Below are positions 39,205 to 48,629 of a stretch of 64,000 nucleotides of DNA, piece after piece. The position numbers and the translations under genes are program-made. The notes under the pieces are model-generated. The model was not told where the DNA came from. It made no database searches and worked only from the letters and a program-made list of their open reading frames with translations. Source of the stretch: Pseudobacteriovorax sp. (GTDB lineage: Bacteria; Bdellovibrionota_B; Oligoflexia; Oligoflexales; Oligoflexaceae); contig JBNKNM010000005.1 in the NCBI GenBank assembly GCA_050293845.1, positions 1-64,000 of the forward strand, given 5' to 3'. How positions within the stretch are numbered: position 1 is the first letter of the stretch; each line of letters opens with the position of its first letter.

Positions 39205-40626
39205 TTGTTTCGTTCGCGTTTTTTTTGGAGAAACTTTCTCTCCTATATGGTGATTATAAGTCTTACCACGTTTATTGTTAGTTACCTGCTAACAGTGAAA
39301 ACGGAGGAGCTAGTTGAAAATGACAGTCGTATTGAGCTACGACATAAAGTAGACCTAATCACTTCAACCCTACCCGTTGATACCCAATGGACCTTAACTG
39401 GTTTAGAAGAACGATTTCAATCCATCGCAGCAGCAGCAAATACGAGGATTACCATTATTGCTGGCGACGGCAAGGTTGTTTTTGAGTCGGAATTAAACCC
39501 CTCCCACTTGGCAAACCACACCGGCCGCCCCGAGCTGTTGCAGGCCTGGAAAGAAGGTTATGGCCAAGCCACCCGCACCAGTTCGACCCTTGGCCAAGCT
39601 ATGATGTATATGGCGAAAAAGTTGGAGACGGATCAGGGAACGATGTTTTTAAGGTTGGCAATGCCCCAATCGCGCCTTAATTTGCGGCTGGATAACATCC
39701 GCTACGCCCTTGGTATCGGCGCGTTGGTTGGTATGATTCTTTCCTTATGCACAGCGCTTTTTCTCGCCCGCCGGGTCACAAAGCCTATTTCGGCCATCAC
39801 CCTGGTTGCAGAGGCCATCAGTCGTGGTAACTACAATGCTCGGTTGCGAAAGCTGCCACGAAATGAGTTGGGTACCTTAGGAGGCGCTATCAACCGTCTC
39901 GCCGAGGCTGTCGAAGCCAATATCAATAAGCGTGAAAAAATGGAAAAAATCAAACGTGAATTTTCCAGCAACATCTCCCATGAGCTGAAAACCCCTCTTA
40001 CCTCGATCAAAGGCTATGTCGAAACATTACTCGGAGGAGCTTTAGACGACAAAGATGTTGCCCTGCGGTTTCTTGAAATTATAAAATCCAACATCAATCG
40101 CATCATTTCGCTGGTGAACGATCTTATGAATTTAGCAACTATCGAGTCCAATGAAGGAATTATCAGCCTCAGCCCTGTAGATTGGCGTCCCATCATTCAA
40201 GAAGTCATACGTCGCCAAGAAATTAACTTCCAGAAAAAGTCCATTGCCCTTGAGCTACATATCCCTGAGCAAATTCCTCTGACGCGCGGGAGCCGTAAGG
40301 CCATGACCCATATTCTCGATAATCTGGTACAAAATGCTATAAACTATACTCCCCAAAAAGGAAAAATATCAATTTCTATGGAAAGCAACGAAGACCAAGT
40401 TATCCTTCATGTTAAAGATAACGGGGTTGGCATCTCGCAACAGGATCAGGCCCGGATATTTGAGCGATTTTACCGCGTCGATACTGCCAGGTCAAGGGAG
40501 GTTGAGGGAACCGGTTTAGGCCTAGCTATTGTAAAGCACCTTGTGATCCAGATCCAAGGGACCATACGTGTGAAGAGTGAGTTAAATAAAGGATCAATAT
40601 TTACGGTAACTTTACCTCTATCTTAG
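39205..40626 (+). CDS. phoR: Sensor histidine kinase, PhoR-like
   Basis: Two TMs, NH..RPE periplasmic motif, HAMP, NISHELKTPLTSIKGY, IFERFYRVD.ARSR and GTGLGLAIVKH. Confidence 0.87.
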   Translation: MFRSRFFWRNFLSYMVIISLTTFIVSYLLTVKTEELVENDSRIELRHKVDLITSTLPVDTQWTLTGLEERFQSIAAAANTRITIIAGDGKVVFESELNPSHLANHTGRPELLQAWKEGYGQATRTSSTLGQAMMYMAKKLETDQGTMFLRLAMPQSRLNLRLDNIRYALGIGALVGMILSLCTALFLARRVTKPISAITLVAEAISRGNYNARLRKLPRNELGTLGGAINRLAEAVEANINKREKMEKIKREFSSNISHELKTPLTSIKGYVETLLGGALDDKDVALRFLEIIKSNINRIISLVNDLMNLATIESNEGIISLSPVDWRPIIQEVIRRQEINFQKKSIALELHIPEQIPLTRGSRKAMTHILDNLVQNAINYTPQKGKISISMESNEDQVILHVKDNGVGISQQDQARIFERFYRVDTARSREVEGTGLGLAIVKHLVIQIQGTIRVKSELNKGSIFTVTLPLS

Positions 40627-40641
40627 GAGGTTCATTTTTGT

Positions 40642-40669
40642 TTTATAAAATCTTTACCTTCTCTTAACA
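40642..40669 (+). promoter_or_regulatory. Putative Pho box upstream of pstS
   Basis: Three TT(T/A)A(C/T)(A/C) hexamers at exact 11-bp spacing: TTTATA 40642, TTTACC 40653, TTAACA 40664. Confidence 0.55.
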
Positions 40670-40730
40670 TTGTTTGCGGGAACTTGTGACAGTAAGTTGC
40701 AGGCAATTAATCTAACTAGGAGTTCATTCG

Positions 40731-41663
40731 ATGAAAATATCAAACTTCGCGATGGCAGTTACGATCGGCTTAACTTGCGGCTATACAGCATATGGTTCGA
40801 GCAAGCTCAGAGGTAAAGTAAAGCTCGATGGCTCTAGCACGGTGTTCCCCGTTGCCGAAGCAGTTGCCGAAGAATTCCAAAAGGAATACCCTCGGGTTCG
40901 GGTTACAGTGGGTCTTTCGGGAACTGGCGGCGGTTTTAAAAAGTTCACTACCGGAGAAACAGACATCAGCAATGCCTCGCGACCTATCAAGGGGAAAGAG
41001 CAAAAAAAAGCCGATGAAAATAAAATAAACATGTTTAAGATACCTGTCGCCTATGATGGCATCTCGGTAGCCCTAAGCTCCAAAAATACCTTTGCCCACA
41101 AGATGACCCTAGCAGAGCTAAAAAAAGCTTGGGAGCCCGGAAGCAAGGTCAAAACTTGGAAGGACATCAAAGCTGAATGGCCTGCAAAACCCATCAAATT
41201 TTACGGCCCTGGAGCCGATTCGGGAACCTTTGACTTCTTTACAGAAGAGGTCATGGGGAAATCACGCGCATCCCGCAGCGATTACGTAGCTAGCGAAGAT
41301 GATAACGTCCTCGTTCGCGGTATCAGTGCTGACAGATATTCCATGGGCTATTTTGGTTATGCTTACTATGTGGAGAACCAAAGTAAGCTCAACGTTGTAT
41401 CGCTTTCAAAAGATGGGAAAAACTACATCAAACCCGCATTCGAAAGCATCAAAGATGGCAGCTACCCCCTGGCACGCCCCCTTCTAATCTATGTTAATTT
41501 GAAGTCTGCGCAGCGAGAAGAGGTTGCAAAATTCGTAGAGTTCTTTATTCAGAATGCAGCAGCTCTTTCCAAAGAGGTAGGATATATTCCACTTCCCAAA
41601 GAAAGCTATGAAAAATCCCTAGCTGATTTTCGTGCTGCTGTTAAAAGTAGCCACTCTCATTAA
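40731..41663 (+). CDS. pstS: Phosphate ABC transporter substrate-binding protein
   Basis: [29 protein letters not shown] and YPLARPL. Confidence 0.93.
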   Translation: MKISNFAMAVTIGLTCGYTAYGSSKLRGKVKLDGSSTVFPVAEAVAEEFQKEYPRVRVTVGLSGTGGGFKKFTTGETDISNASRPIKGKEQKKADENKINMFKIPVAYDGISVALSSKNTFAHKMTLAELKKAWEPGSKVKTWKDIKAEWPAKPIKFYGPGADSGTFDFFTEEVMGKSRASRSDYVASEDDNVLVRGISADRYSMGYFGYAYYVENQSKLNVVSLSKDGKNYIKPAFESIKDGSYPLARPLLIYVNLKSAQREEVAKFVEFFIQNAAALSKEVGYIPLPKESYEKSLADFRAAVKSSHSH

Positions 41664-41673
41664 GGAATAAATT

Positions 41674-42588
41674 ATGACCGACCAGAAATTATGGGTGAAA
41701 AATCGATGGTTCCAAAAATTTCGTGAAGGTTTGGTCACAAAAATCTTACTGTTCTGTGCTTTTGTTTCTGTGCTGACGACTATCGGTATCAATTTGATCC
41801 TGCTCCTGGAAAGCTTCCTTTTTTTCCAGGAGATCTCATTTTTTGAGTTTTTCTTTACAACCCGCTGGGCTCCTTTGTTCGAACCAAGGCATTTTGGGAT
41901 TCTCCCCCTTATCACGGGCACTCTGCTGGTTGCCTTTGGAGCCCTAGTTGTGGCGCTTCCCCTAGGACTGGGTATTGCCATTTTTCTATCGGAATATGCC
42001 GGGCCAAAGCTGCGTGGAATCGTCAAGCCCATTCTTGAAATCCTCGCCGGTATCCCTTCCGTAGTCTATGGTTACTTCGCCTTAACGACCATAACCCCAT
42101 TTTTACGTGACATCTCCGAATCTGTAGAGGTTTTTAATGCGGCTAGCGCTGCTATCGTTGTCGGTGTCATGGTCCTACCAACGGTGGCTTCCATTTGTGA
42201 TGACTCCCTGAATGCCGTCCCCAAAGCCCTTCGCGAAGGTGCTTTTGCCTTAGGAGCTCGTAAATTCGAGGTTATAGTCCAAGTGGTGATACCCGCCGCT
42301 ATCAGCGGCATTTTAGCATCATTTATCCTTGCTTTTAGCCGTGCTATAGGAGAGACTATGGCGGTCACTTTAGCTGCTGGCGCGACACCTCAAGTAACGC
42401 TGAATCCCTTTGATAGTATCCAAACCATGACAGCCTATATTGCTCAAGTTAGCCTTGGTGACATCCCCCATGGGTCCATTGAGTACCAGTCGATTTTTGC
42501 GGTCGGCCTTGTTCTTTTTATAATGACCCTAGCTATGAACCTTGTGTCTCAGTACATTGTTAAAACTTTCGCACGGAGATATGAATGA
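41674..42588 (+). CDS. pstC: Phosphate ABC transporter permease
   Basis: [13 protein letters not shown] and [10 protein letters not shown]. Confidence 0.93.
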   Translation: MTDQKLWVKNRWFQKFREGLVTKILLFCAFVSVLTTIGINLILLLESFLFFQEISFFEFFFTTRWAPLFEPRHFGILPLITGTLLVAFGALVVALPLGLGIAIFLSEYAGPKLRGIVKPILEILAGIPSVVYGYFALTTITPFLRDISESVEVFNAASAAIVVGVMVLPTVASICDDSLNAVPKALREGAFALGARKFEVIVQVVIPAAISGILASFILAFSRAIGETMAVTLAAGATPQVTLNPFDSIQTMTAYIAQVSLGDIPHGSIEYQSIFAVGLVLFIMTLAMNLVSQYIVKTFARRYE

Positions 42589-43520
42589 ACCAACCGATTG
42601 ACACCACTGTGGCTAATATCAGCGATGTCGACGCCTCTCCCCAAGATATAAACAACAGCCTGTTCAGACCCCGGCATAAGGCTCGTCGTGCTAAAGAGAG
42701 TGCTTTTTACGGTCTATCCATCCTTGCCACCGTGCTGGCACTGGGCTTATTGGTCACATTGATATGGCAGGTCTTTGCAGAAGGTTGGCAATGGCTTGAT
42801 ATTCAATTTTTAGATAGCTTCCCGTCCCGGTTTCCCCATAAGGCTGGTATCAAATCGGCTGTTTGGGGAAGCATTTGGCTAGGAACCCTTACACTGTTTT
42901 TTTCCGTCATATTCGGTGTAGGGGCTGCGGTATTCCTCGAAGAGCTTGCGAAAAAGAATAGGTTAAACACCTGGCTTGAGGTCAATATTGCAACCCTGGC
43001 AGGTGTACCTTCTATTATTTATGGCATGTTAGGAGTGACGCTTTTTGTCCGCTTCTTAAACTTAGACCGATCGGTCCTAGCGGGAGCTTTAACCCTTAGC
43101 TTGCTCATTATGCCCGTGATAATTATCGCTACAAGGGAAGCCCTTAAAAGCGTTCCCGACAGCATCCGGCTGGGAGCTGCCGCTTTGGGAGCCACTAAAT
43201 GGCAATCCGTCAGAGATCATGTACTTCCGTCAGCGATTCCGGGAATCTTAACTGGTATTATCCTGGCTATGGCCCGCGCAGTAGGTGAGGCCGCTCCGCT
43301 TATTATGATAGGAGCTTTAACCTATGTCGCCTTTGTTCCTGAAAATTTACTCGATGCTTTCACAGCATTACCCATACAAATTTTTAACTGGACCTCAAGA
43401 CCACAACCTGAGTTTCACGAACTAGCGGCCGCTGGAATAATAGTCCTGCTGTTTTTCCTCGTCGCTTGCAATTCCATTGCTATCTTTCTAAGACTTAAGT
43501 GGAAAGGCCATTCAAGATGA
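42585..43520 (+). CDS. pstA: Phosphate ABC transporter permease
   Basis: [10 protein letters not shown] and [10 protein letters not shown]. Confidence 0.93.
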   Translation: MNQPIDTTVANISDVDASPQDINNSLFRPRHKARRAKESAFYGLSILATVLALGLLVTLIWQVFAEGWQWLDIQFLDSFPSRFPHKAGIKSAVWGSIWLGTLTLFFSVIFGVGAAVFLEELAKKNRLNTWLEVNIATLAGVPSIIYGMLGVTLFVRFLNLDRSVLAGALTLSLLIMPVIIIATREALKSVPDSIRLGAAALGATKWQSVRDHVLPSAIPGILTGIILAMARAVGEAAPLIMIGALTYVAFVPENLLDAFTALPIQIFNWTSRPQPEFHELAAAGIIVLLFFLVACNSIAIFLRLKWKGHSR

Positions 43521-44272
43521 CATCAACAGCTGTAATTGAAACCCAAAACCTTTGCTTATCTTACGGAGAAGCACAGGTTATTAACGATGTAAATGTTAGT
43601 TTTGCTGAAAAGTCTGTGACAGCCCTTATTGGCCCTTCTGGCTGCGGCAAAAGCACATTGCTCCGTACTTTCAATAGGATGAATGACTTTATTGACAGTT
43701 TTCATCATTCAGGCCAAGTCTTATTTCATGGCACTGATATTTACGATTCCCCTATCGATGTTACGGACTTTCGCCGTGAAGTTGGTATGGTATTTCAGAG
43801 GCCTAATCCATTTTCCAGCTCTATTTATAAAAACATCACCTGGGGACCCAAAATCAATGGTTACCAAGGTGATTATGACGAGTTAGTCGAAAAGTCTTTG
43901 CGCCAAGCTGCCCTTTGGGACGAGGTTAAGGATAAGCTTAACTCCAGTGGCCTGGCCTTATCCGGAGGACAACAACAGCGCCTGTGCATTGCCAGGGCTA
44001 TCGCTATGAGCCCTAAGGTTATTCTTATGGACGAGCCTTGCTCAGCACTCGACCCCCAGTCAACTATGGCTATTGAGAAACTTATCACCGAGCTTCAAAA
44101 AGACTACACTATTATTATTGTCACCCATAATATGCAACAGGCTGCACGCATATCGGAAGATACCGCCTTTCTCTATAATGGCAACCTGGTTGAGTTTGGC
44201 AAAACCAGCAAGCTTTTTTCCAGTCCTTCAAATCAACTGACCCAGGATTACATAAGTGGCCGATTTGGCTAG
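43517..44272 (+). CDS. pstB: Phosphate ABC transporter ATP-binding protein
   Basis: [42 protein letters not shown] and YISGRFG. ATG 43517 overlaps the pstA stop. Confidence 0.95.
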   Translation: MTSTAVIETQNLCLSYGEAQVINDVNVSFAEKSVTALIGPSGCGKSTLLRTFNRMNDFIDSFHHSGQVLFHGTDIYDSPIDVTDFRREVGMVFQRPNPFSSSIYKNITWGPKINGYQGDYDELVEKSLRQAALWDEVKDKLNSSGLALSGGQQQRLCIARAIAMSPKVILMDEPCSALDPQSTMAIEKLITELQKDYTIIIVTHNMQQAARISEDTAFLYNGNLVEFGKTSKLFSSPSNQLTQDYISGRFG

Positions 44273-44372
44273 GATATTCCTAGCTTACCCCCCCATCAGG
44301 CATTATTTTTTGCCATAGATAGTTTTTGCAAAGCAACTAACAAGAAGCTATACAGTACAAGCGCGCTGATAT

Positions 44373-45326
44373 TTGCATAACATGGAGCAACTAATGGCTG
44401 ATTGGCATACGTATCCTATGGGACCTACCTTACGCCGCTACCTAGATATTTCCCCCAATGACTATAAGGGTGACCTTGCCGCAAAGCCAAGTGACGAAAT
44501 GGGGAGTCAATTTCAAAACTGGTTGCTCGCCTATCTTAAGGAGCACAGCCCCGCTTCGTCGCGTGAGACCATCGACCTTTTGGAGGAGCTCACCAGTATG
44601 GGGATGAGTCGTGCCGCCATCAGGTTATTCGAACTATACCCTTTCGACACGGCTAGAGATGACTTTCGTACCATGATATATATCGGCTCATCCTACATGA
44701 TGGAAGCCATGCATGAGCAAGCCTTCGAATTTTTAAGCCGAGCGCAGGAATTGGAGCCAGGAGAGATTTCTCCTTACATCAACATTGCTATGATGCACTA
44801 TTCTTTAGCAGAAGATGACGAAGCTATGATTTGGGCAAAAGCTGGTCTACAGGTTGAACCCAATCACCAAAAACTATGGGAAATCATCGCTTCAGTGTAT
44901 CTCACTAAAGACAAATTAACAGCTGGGGCCGCTATTCAAAAAATTGCTACTGAGTTTAATTCCTACTCGGGATACTCTTTAGCCGCTGAATTACTCAATC
45001 AGAGCGATCACCTGCTTAAAGCCCAGTTGTTGGAAAAGCCTTTTGAATCGGGTGTACGAGACGATGAATACCTCATCGAGTACTCCGCTGCCCTAGGACT
45101 GGCTCAACAGTTTGAAAAAATACCTGGAATTCTTTGGCAACTGGAGCAGATCGAAGGAAAAAAAGCCAGTTGGAAGCTTTTAGTCCACGTCGCTCAAGCT
45201 TTTTTCGCCCTGAACCAAGAAAAAGAAGCAAAAGAAATGATTGCGCGACTTGAAAAAAATCCCGAAACACCGCAAAGTATCGTCTCAGATCTAAAGCAAA
45301 CTTTCGATCAGCATTTTGTAATTTAG
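44373..45326 (+). CDS. Tetratricopeptide-repeat protein
   Basis: TPR-like repeats (G..Y......EQA...L.RA.ELEP; Y..IA.......EA..W...GL.VEP.H). Start uncertain. Confidence 0.65.
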   Translation: MHNMEQLMADWHTYPMGPTLRRYLDISPNDYKGDLAAKPSDEMGSQFQNWLLAYLKEHSPASSRETIDLLEELTSMGMSRAAIRLFELYPFDTARDDFRTMIYIGSSYMMEAMHEQAFEFLSRAQELEPGEISPYINIAMMHYSLAEDDEAMIWAKAGLQVEPNHQKLWEIIASVYLTKDKLTAGAAIQKIATEFNSYSGYSLAAELLNQSDHLLKAQLLEKPFESGVRDDEYLIEYSAALGLAQQFEKIPGILWQLEQIEGKKASWKLLVHVAQAFFALNQEKEAKEMIARLEKNPETPQSIVSDLKQTFDQHFVI

Positions 45327-45338
45327 CCAGGAGTGCAT

Positions 45339-45722
45339 ATGACAATCGAAGCTATTCATAGTGAGAATGCTCCAGCTGCGGTGGGGCCTTATTCGCAGGC
45401 TTGTGGTGTGGGTGACTTGTTATTCTGCTCTGGCCAAGTTCCCATTGATCCCGGAACTGGCGATATCGTGACTGGTGGCATAGAGACTCAGACCAAACAG
45501 GTTATGAAAAATCTGGAGCAAGTGCTTCTTGCCGCCGACCTAACATTTTCTCATGTAGTAAAGACTACAATTTATTTGCAAGATATGGCAAATTTCAGCA
45601 AAGTAAACCAGGTTTATGCAGAATTTTTTACAGCGCCTTACCCTGCTCGTGCAACCGTTGAAGTAGCAAAACTTCCACTTGGTGCCGATGTTGAAATTGA
45701 GCTGATCGCCAGCCGAAGCTAA
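45339..45722 (+). CDS. ridA: RidA/YjgF/UK114 family enamine deaminase
   Basis: APAAVGPYSQA, SGQVP, F..VN.VY..FF, PARA.VEV..LP and VEIE. AGGAG RBS. Confidence 0.92.
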   Translation: MTIEAIHSENAPAAVGPYSQACGVGDLLFCSGQVPIDPGTGDIVTGGIETQTKQVMKNLEQVLLAADLTFSHVVKTTIYLQDMANFSKVNQVYAEFFTAPYPARATVEVAKLPLGADVEIELIASRS

Positions 45723-45821
45723 TGGGTTCGCTGGGATTCTTAAAAAAATGTAGGAGAGTTCAAAAAAAGAGCAGCTTATGGTATCCTTAACTCAGCCAAA
45801 CTGAATAAGATTGGGAGAAAC

Positions 45822-46292
45822 ATGTACCGCAATAAAAAACTATTGCGCATGGCTTTAATCATGGCTCCGGTTCTCACATTATGTGCCGTTGGGGCTCGTC
45901 AAATAAAAGCAGCGTTTTATAACCCAGTTCTCACGACTTATGTAGAAATTAATGGTACAAATTACGGTCCCTTTGATGAAATAATCGGTATAGAGCAGTT
46001 TGCCTCCGATGGTTACCCTCTTGAAAATAATACCAGTTACGCCACAATAAGGTTAGAGAGGGAATTTGTAACAAGCCCATCCCTTTACCTTTGGGCAAAG
46101 AACCGCATGCAACGCAAGGTAGGGTTACAGGATATTCATCTTATCACTGAGGATGAGTCGGGTGTGGTCGTTCAACATCAAGTATTACAATTATGCCAAC
46201 CCTTATCATGGTCAGTGGAAGCGACGAATCCTACATTAGGTGGTTTTAATGAAACAATTGATCTCGCAGTCCAAAAAGTTACTGACCTATAA
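45822..46292 (+). CDS. T4-gp19/eCIS tail-tube-like protein with N-terminal signal peptide
   Basis: YVEING....FDEI.GI, YATIRLER, LYLW, DIHLITEDESG, QPLSWS and ETIDLAVQ are colinear with the tube consensus (F.VEIDG....F.EVSGL / Y.NITLKR / L..W / I.L.D..G / WPVKW / ETLELA.E). The first ~30 aa form a basic then hydrophobic leader. Confidence 0.65.
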   Translation: MYRNKKLLRMALIMAPVLTLCAVGARQIKAAFYNPVLTTYVEINGTNYGPFDEIIGIEQFASDGYPLENNTSYATIRLEREFVTSPSLYLWAKNRMQRKVGLQDIHLITEDESGVVVQHQVLQLCQPLSWSVEATNPTLGGFNETIDLAVQKVTDL

Positions 46293-47565
46293 TGTACCTG
46301 CCTTACTATGCCTAGCTTTATTCTTATCTACTAACTCCTGTGAATTAGTAGATTCCAAGGAGTTAACCGAAGAGTTTAAACCGCATCAGGTGAACTTAAT
46401 TCTGAAAAACAATGGGCAGCAGCTTATAATTGGTGCCAAATCCTGCCTCAAAGGACTTCAAGAGTTTGAGTTTTCCTTGCTTAGCCCCTACGGTTCCCAT
46501 AAAGTGAAGCTTTCTACTCCAAGTAATACTAGTTTGACAGGGTCATCTGTACTGTCCCTGGATGAACAAAAGTTCCTGCTTACCGATTGGGAGTTGCTAA
46601 GCTCTGCAACAAAGAAGCTTATCTGCCAAGCTCCCAGTGTTAAAAGCCATACCCTCCCCCACAATCAAGAACTGTCAACGCACTTACTGAGTAAATTGCA
46701 AACCATTGTTCCCATGTGCCATTTCAGTTTTTATGAAAATTCCTTGCGTTGCTCAATGAAACAAACCGACTATAACGATCTGAATACAACAATTCAGTCA
46801 TTCGAGAAGAAACTGTTTCGCTTAAAACCTAGACATCCTTATGTACTAGCTCGTCGTATTGCTATAACGCGAAAGTTGTTTCAGGCGGTTTCATCCCAAT
46901 TTCCACTCGATATTGATGATATCTGCCGTATTGTCTCTTTATCGAGCAAGGAAGAGCTGCCTCTTCCATTACGGTCAAAGATATGGCTTACGAGTTGTCA
47001 GCAACAAAGCAATACTACAAAAGATCAGTTTCTTCATACCACGCTTACTGAAGCCATTGGCGAAGCAAGTTACTTGCTCTCTGCATTTCAAGACACAAGC
47101 ACCGGAGTCTTGACAGTCAGAATTCCTCTCAGCCAAGTCAATTACCGTAATTTTTGGGTGCGTCTTACGCCACAAAAGATAGATAAGTTTAGTGCTGCGG
47201 ATGATAAGTGCTTCTGGCATCCACTTTATCCTGCAGCAACGCTAGAAAAATATGTTTATGCGCAGATTTTTCAGGATAAACTGAAGAACTCTTGTGTGGA
47301 AATAGCAGAGCCTATAACTGCAGAAAACATCCACCAGATACTTCAAAGGTACATTGGTCAGAGCATCTCCAGCGAAACAGAATTTCCCATTAGCAACGGG
47401 CGGGGAAAGGTGCTCACCCTACCTCCAGGGAGCTATAAATACGAACTAAGGATTAATCGTGCTCCCTTTGCCGCCCCCTTGCAGTTGCCTCCTCCTCAGC
47501 AGCTAACAGAGGGTACTTTACGCTGGCGGTCTCCCCGAGCCTATCCTGTTATTTCAGATATTTAA
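46249..47565 (+). CDS. Hypothetical Cys-rich lipoprotein
   Basis: Leader ...LLCLALFLSTNSC (lipobox-like) and eight further Cys in the mature part. Overlaps the upstream tube-like gene by 44 nt. Confidence 0.6.
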   Translation: MKQLISQSKKLLTYNVPALLCLALFLSTNSCELVDSKELTEEFKPHQVNLILKNNGQQLIIGAKSCLKGLQEFEFSLLSPYGSHKVKLSTPSNTSLTGSSVLSLDEQKFLLTDWELLSSATKKLICQAPSVKSHTLPHNQELSTHLLSKLQTIVPMCHFSFYENSLRCSMKQTDYNDLNTTIQSFEKKLFRLKPRHPYVLARRIAITRKLFQAVSSQFPLDIDDICRIVSLSSKEELPLPLRSKIWLTSCQQQSNTTKDQFLHTTLTEAIGEASYLLSAFQDTSTGVLTVRIPLSQVNYRNFWVRLTPQKIDKFSAADDKCFWHPLYPAATLEKYVYAQIFQDKLKNSCVEIAEPITAENIHQILQRYIGQSISSETEFPISNGRGKVLTLPPGSYKYELRINRAPFAAPLQLPPPQQLTEGTLRWRSPRAYPVISDI

Positions 47566-47638
47566 GCCTGTTTGCACATTTTAGACAATTCGGATATAGA
47601 ATAGGGGCAGTTTAATAACTTTATTTGTTGGGGCAACA

Positions 47639-48247
47639 ATGAAATATATCGTCGTTAGTGGCTCGCATCGTCAAAACTCTCAAAGTTTAAAGGTTTCAAA
47701 ATACATCCAGTCTCGGCTTTCGACGCTGCTATCCGTGAAATCTTCCCTCATAGACCTCGGGAACAACCCCCTTCCCCTCTGGGATGAGAGTATCTGGTCC
47801 GAAAACCGCCCCCTCTGGGATGAGAAGTGGTCGCCCTTAGCTAAGGACATTCAGAGTGCGGATGGCATTGTCGTCACTTGCCCTGAATGGGGTGGTATGG
47901 TTCCTAGTGGCCTTAAAAACTTTTTCCTCCTTTGTGGCAATAAAGAACTGGGACATAAACCAGGTTTAATAGTATCTGTATCCGGATCCCGTAATGGCGC
48001 CTACCCTATATCAGAATTGCGTATGAGTTCGTTTAAAAATAATCGAATCAATTACATACCGGACCATGTTATTGTTCGTGAAGTAGCTCAAGTCCTTAAT
48101 GATGGAGCGCCAAAGGACGAAGATGAGAAGTACCTGAGAGAGCGCATGGATTATTCTTTGAAAGTATTTCATGAATACGGTAAAGCCATGAGAGCTGTAA
48201 GAAGCAGTGGAATTATAGATTTTGATGCTTTTCCCAACGGCATGTAA
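47639..48247 (+). CDS. NADPH-dependent FMN reductase (flavodoxin-like)
   Basis: VSGSHR..SQS.KV and AD..V...PEWGGMVP..LKNF. Confidence 0.85.
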   Translation: MKYIVVSGSHRQNSQSLKVSKYIQSRLSTLLSVKSSLIDLGNNPLPLWDESIWSENRPLWDEKWSPLAKDIQSADGIVVTCPEWGGMVPSGLKNFFLLCGNKELGHKPGLIVSVSGSRNGAYPISELRMSSFKNNRINYIPDHVIVREVAQVLNDGAPKDEDEKYLRERMDYSLKVFHEYGKAMRAVRSSGIIDFDAFPNGM

Positions 48248-48629
48248 CTCAGATCCGAAAATTTCACCGGACTCTTCGCTACTTCGGAAAAAAAGTGCCC
48301 TCATTAACGATGGTTAGCTCCGGTGCTTTTTCCTATGCCTCGATCGATCCAGGCGAAAATAGTACATCTGGCTCGCACCATGGGCAAGCCAGGAGTTAAA
48401 GAAAAATGCGGACTCAATTTTTAGATCACCGATGGCAAGTCATACATCCGTTCCACCTCAGTTCCTCTCGAGAATGAGCACCGTAGTATTTCTTTTTTGA
48501 CTAGGGCCACTTAAAAAGTTATACGCATAGTTTGCTAAAATGTGCTTCTGTGCTCATTTTCTTGCATGTGCGCTTTGACATACAAAGGACATCATAAGTC
48601 GTAAATTTCTACACATTTAGGAACTGGTC

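Noticed and set aside
45822..47565. Prophage or complete contractile injection system around the tube-like gene
   Set aside because: There is no sheath, baseplate, spike, capsid, terminase or integrase gene in the window, and the flanks are housekeeping.
48248..48629. SRP RNA (ffs) or rpmH next to ffh
   Set aside because: Neither strand has the CAGG..GGAA..AGCAG domain-IV motif, and the frames I translated gave no L34-like peptide.
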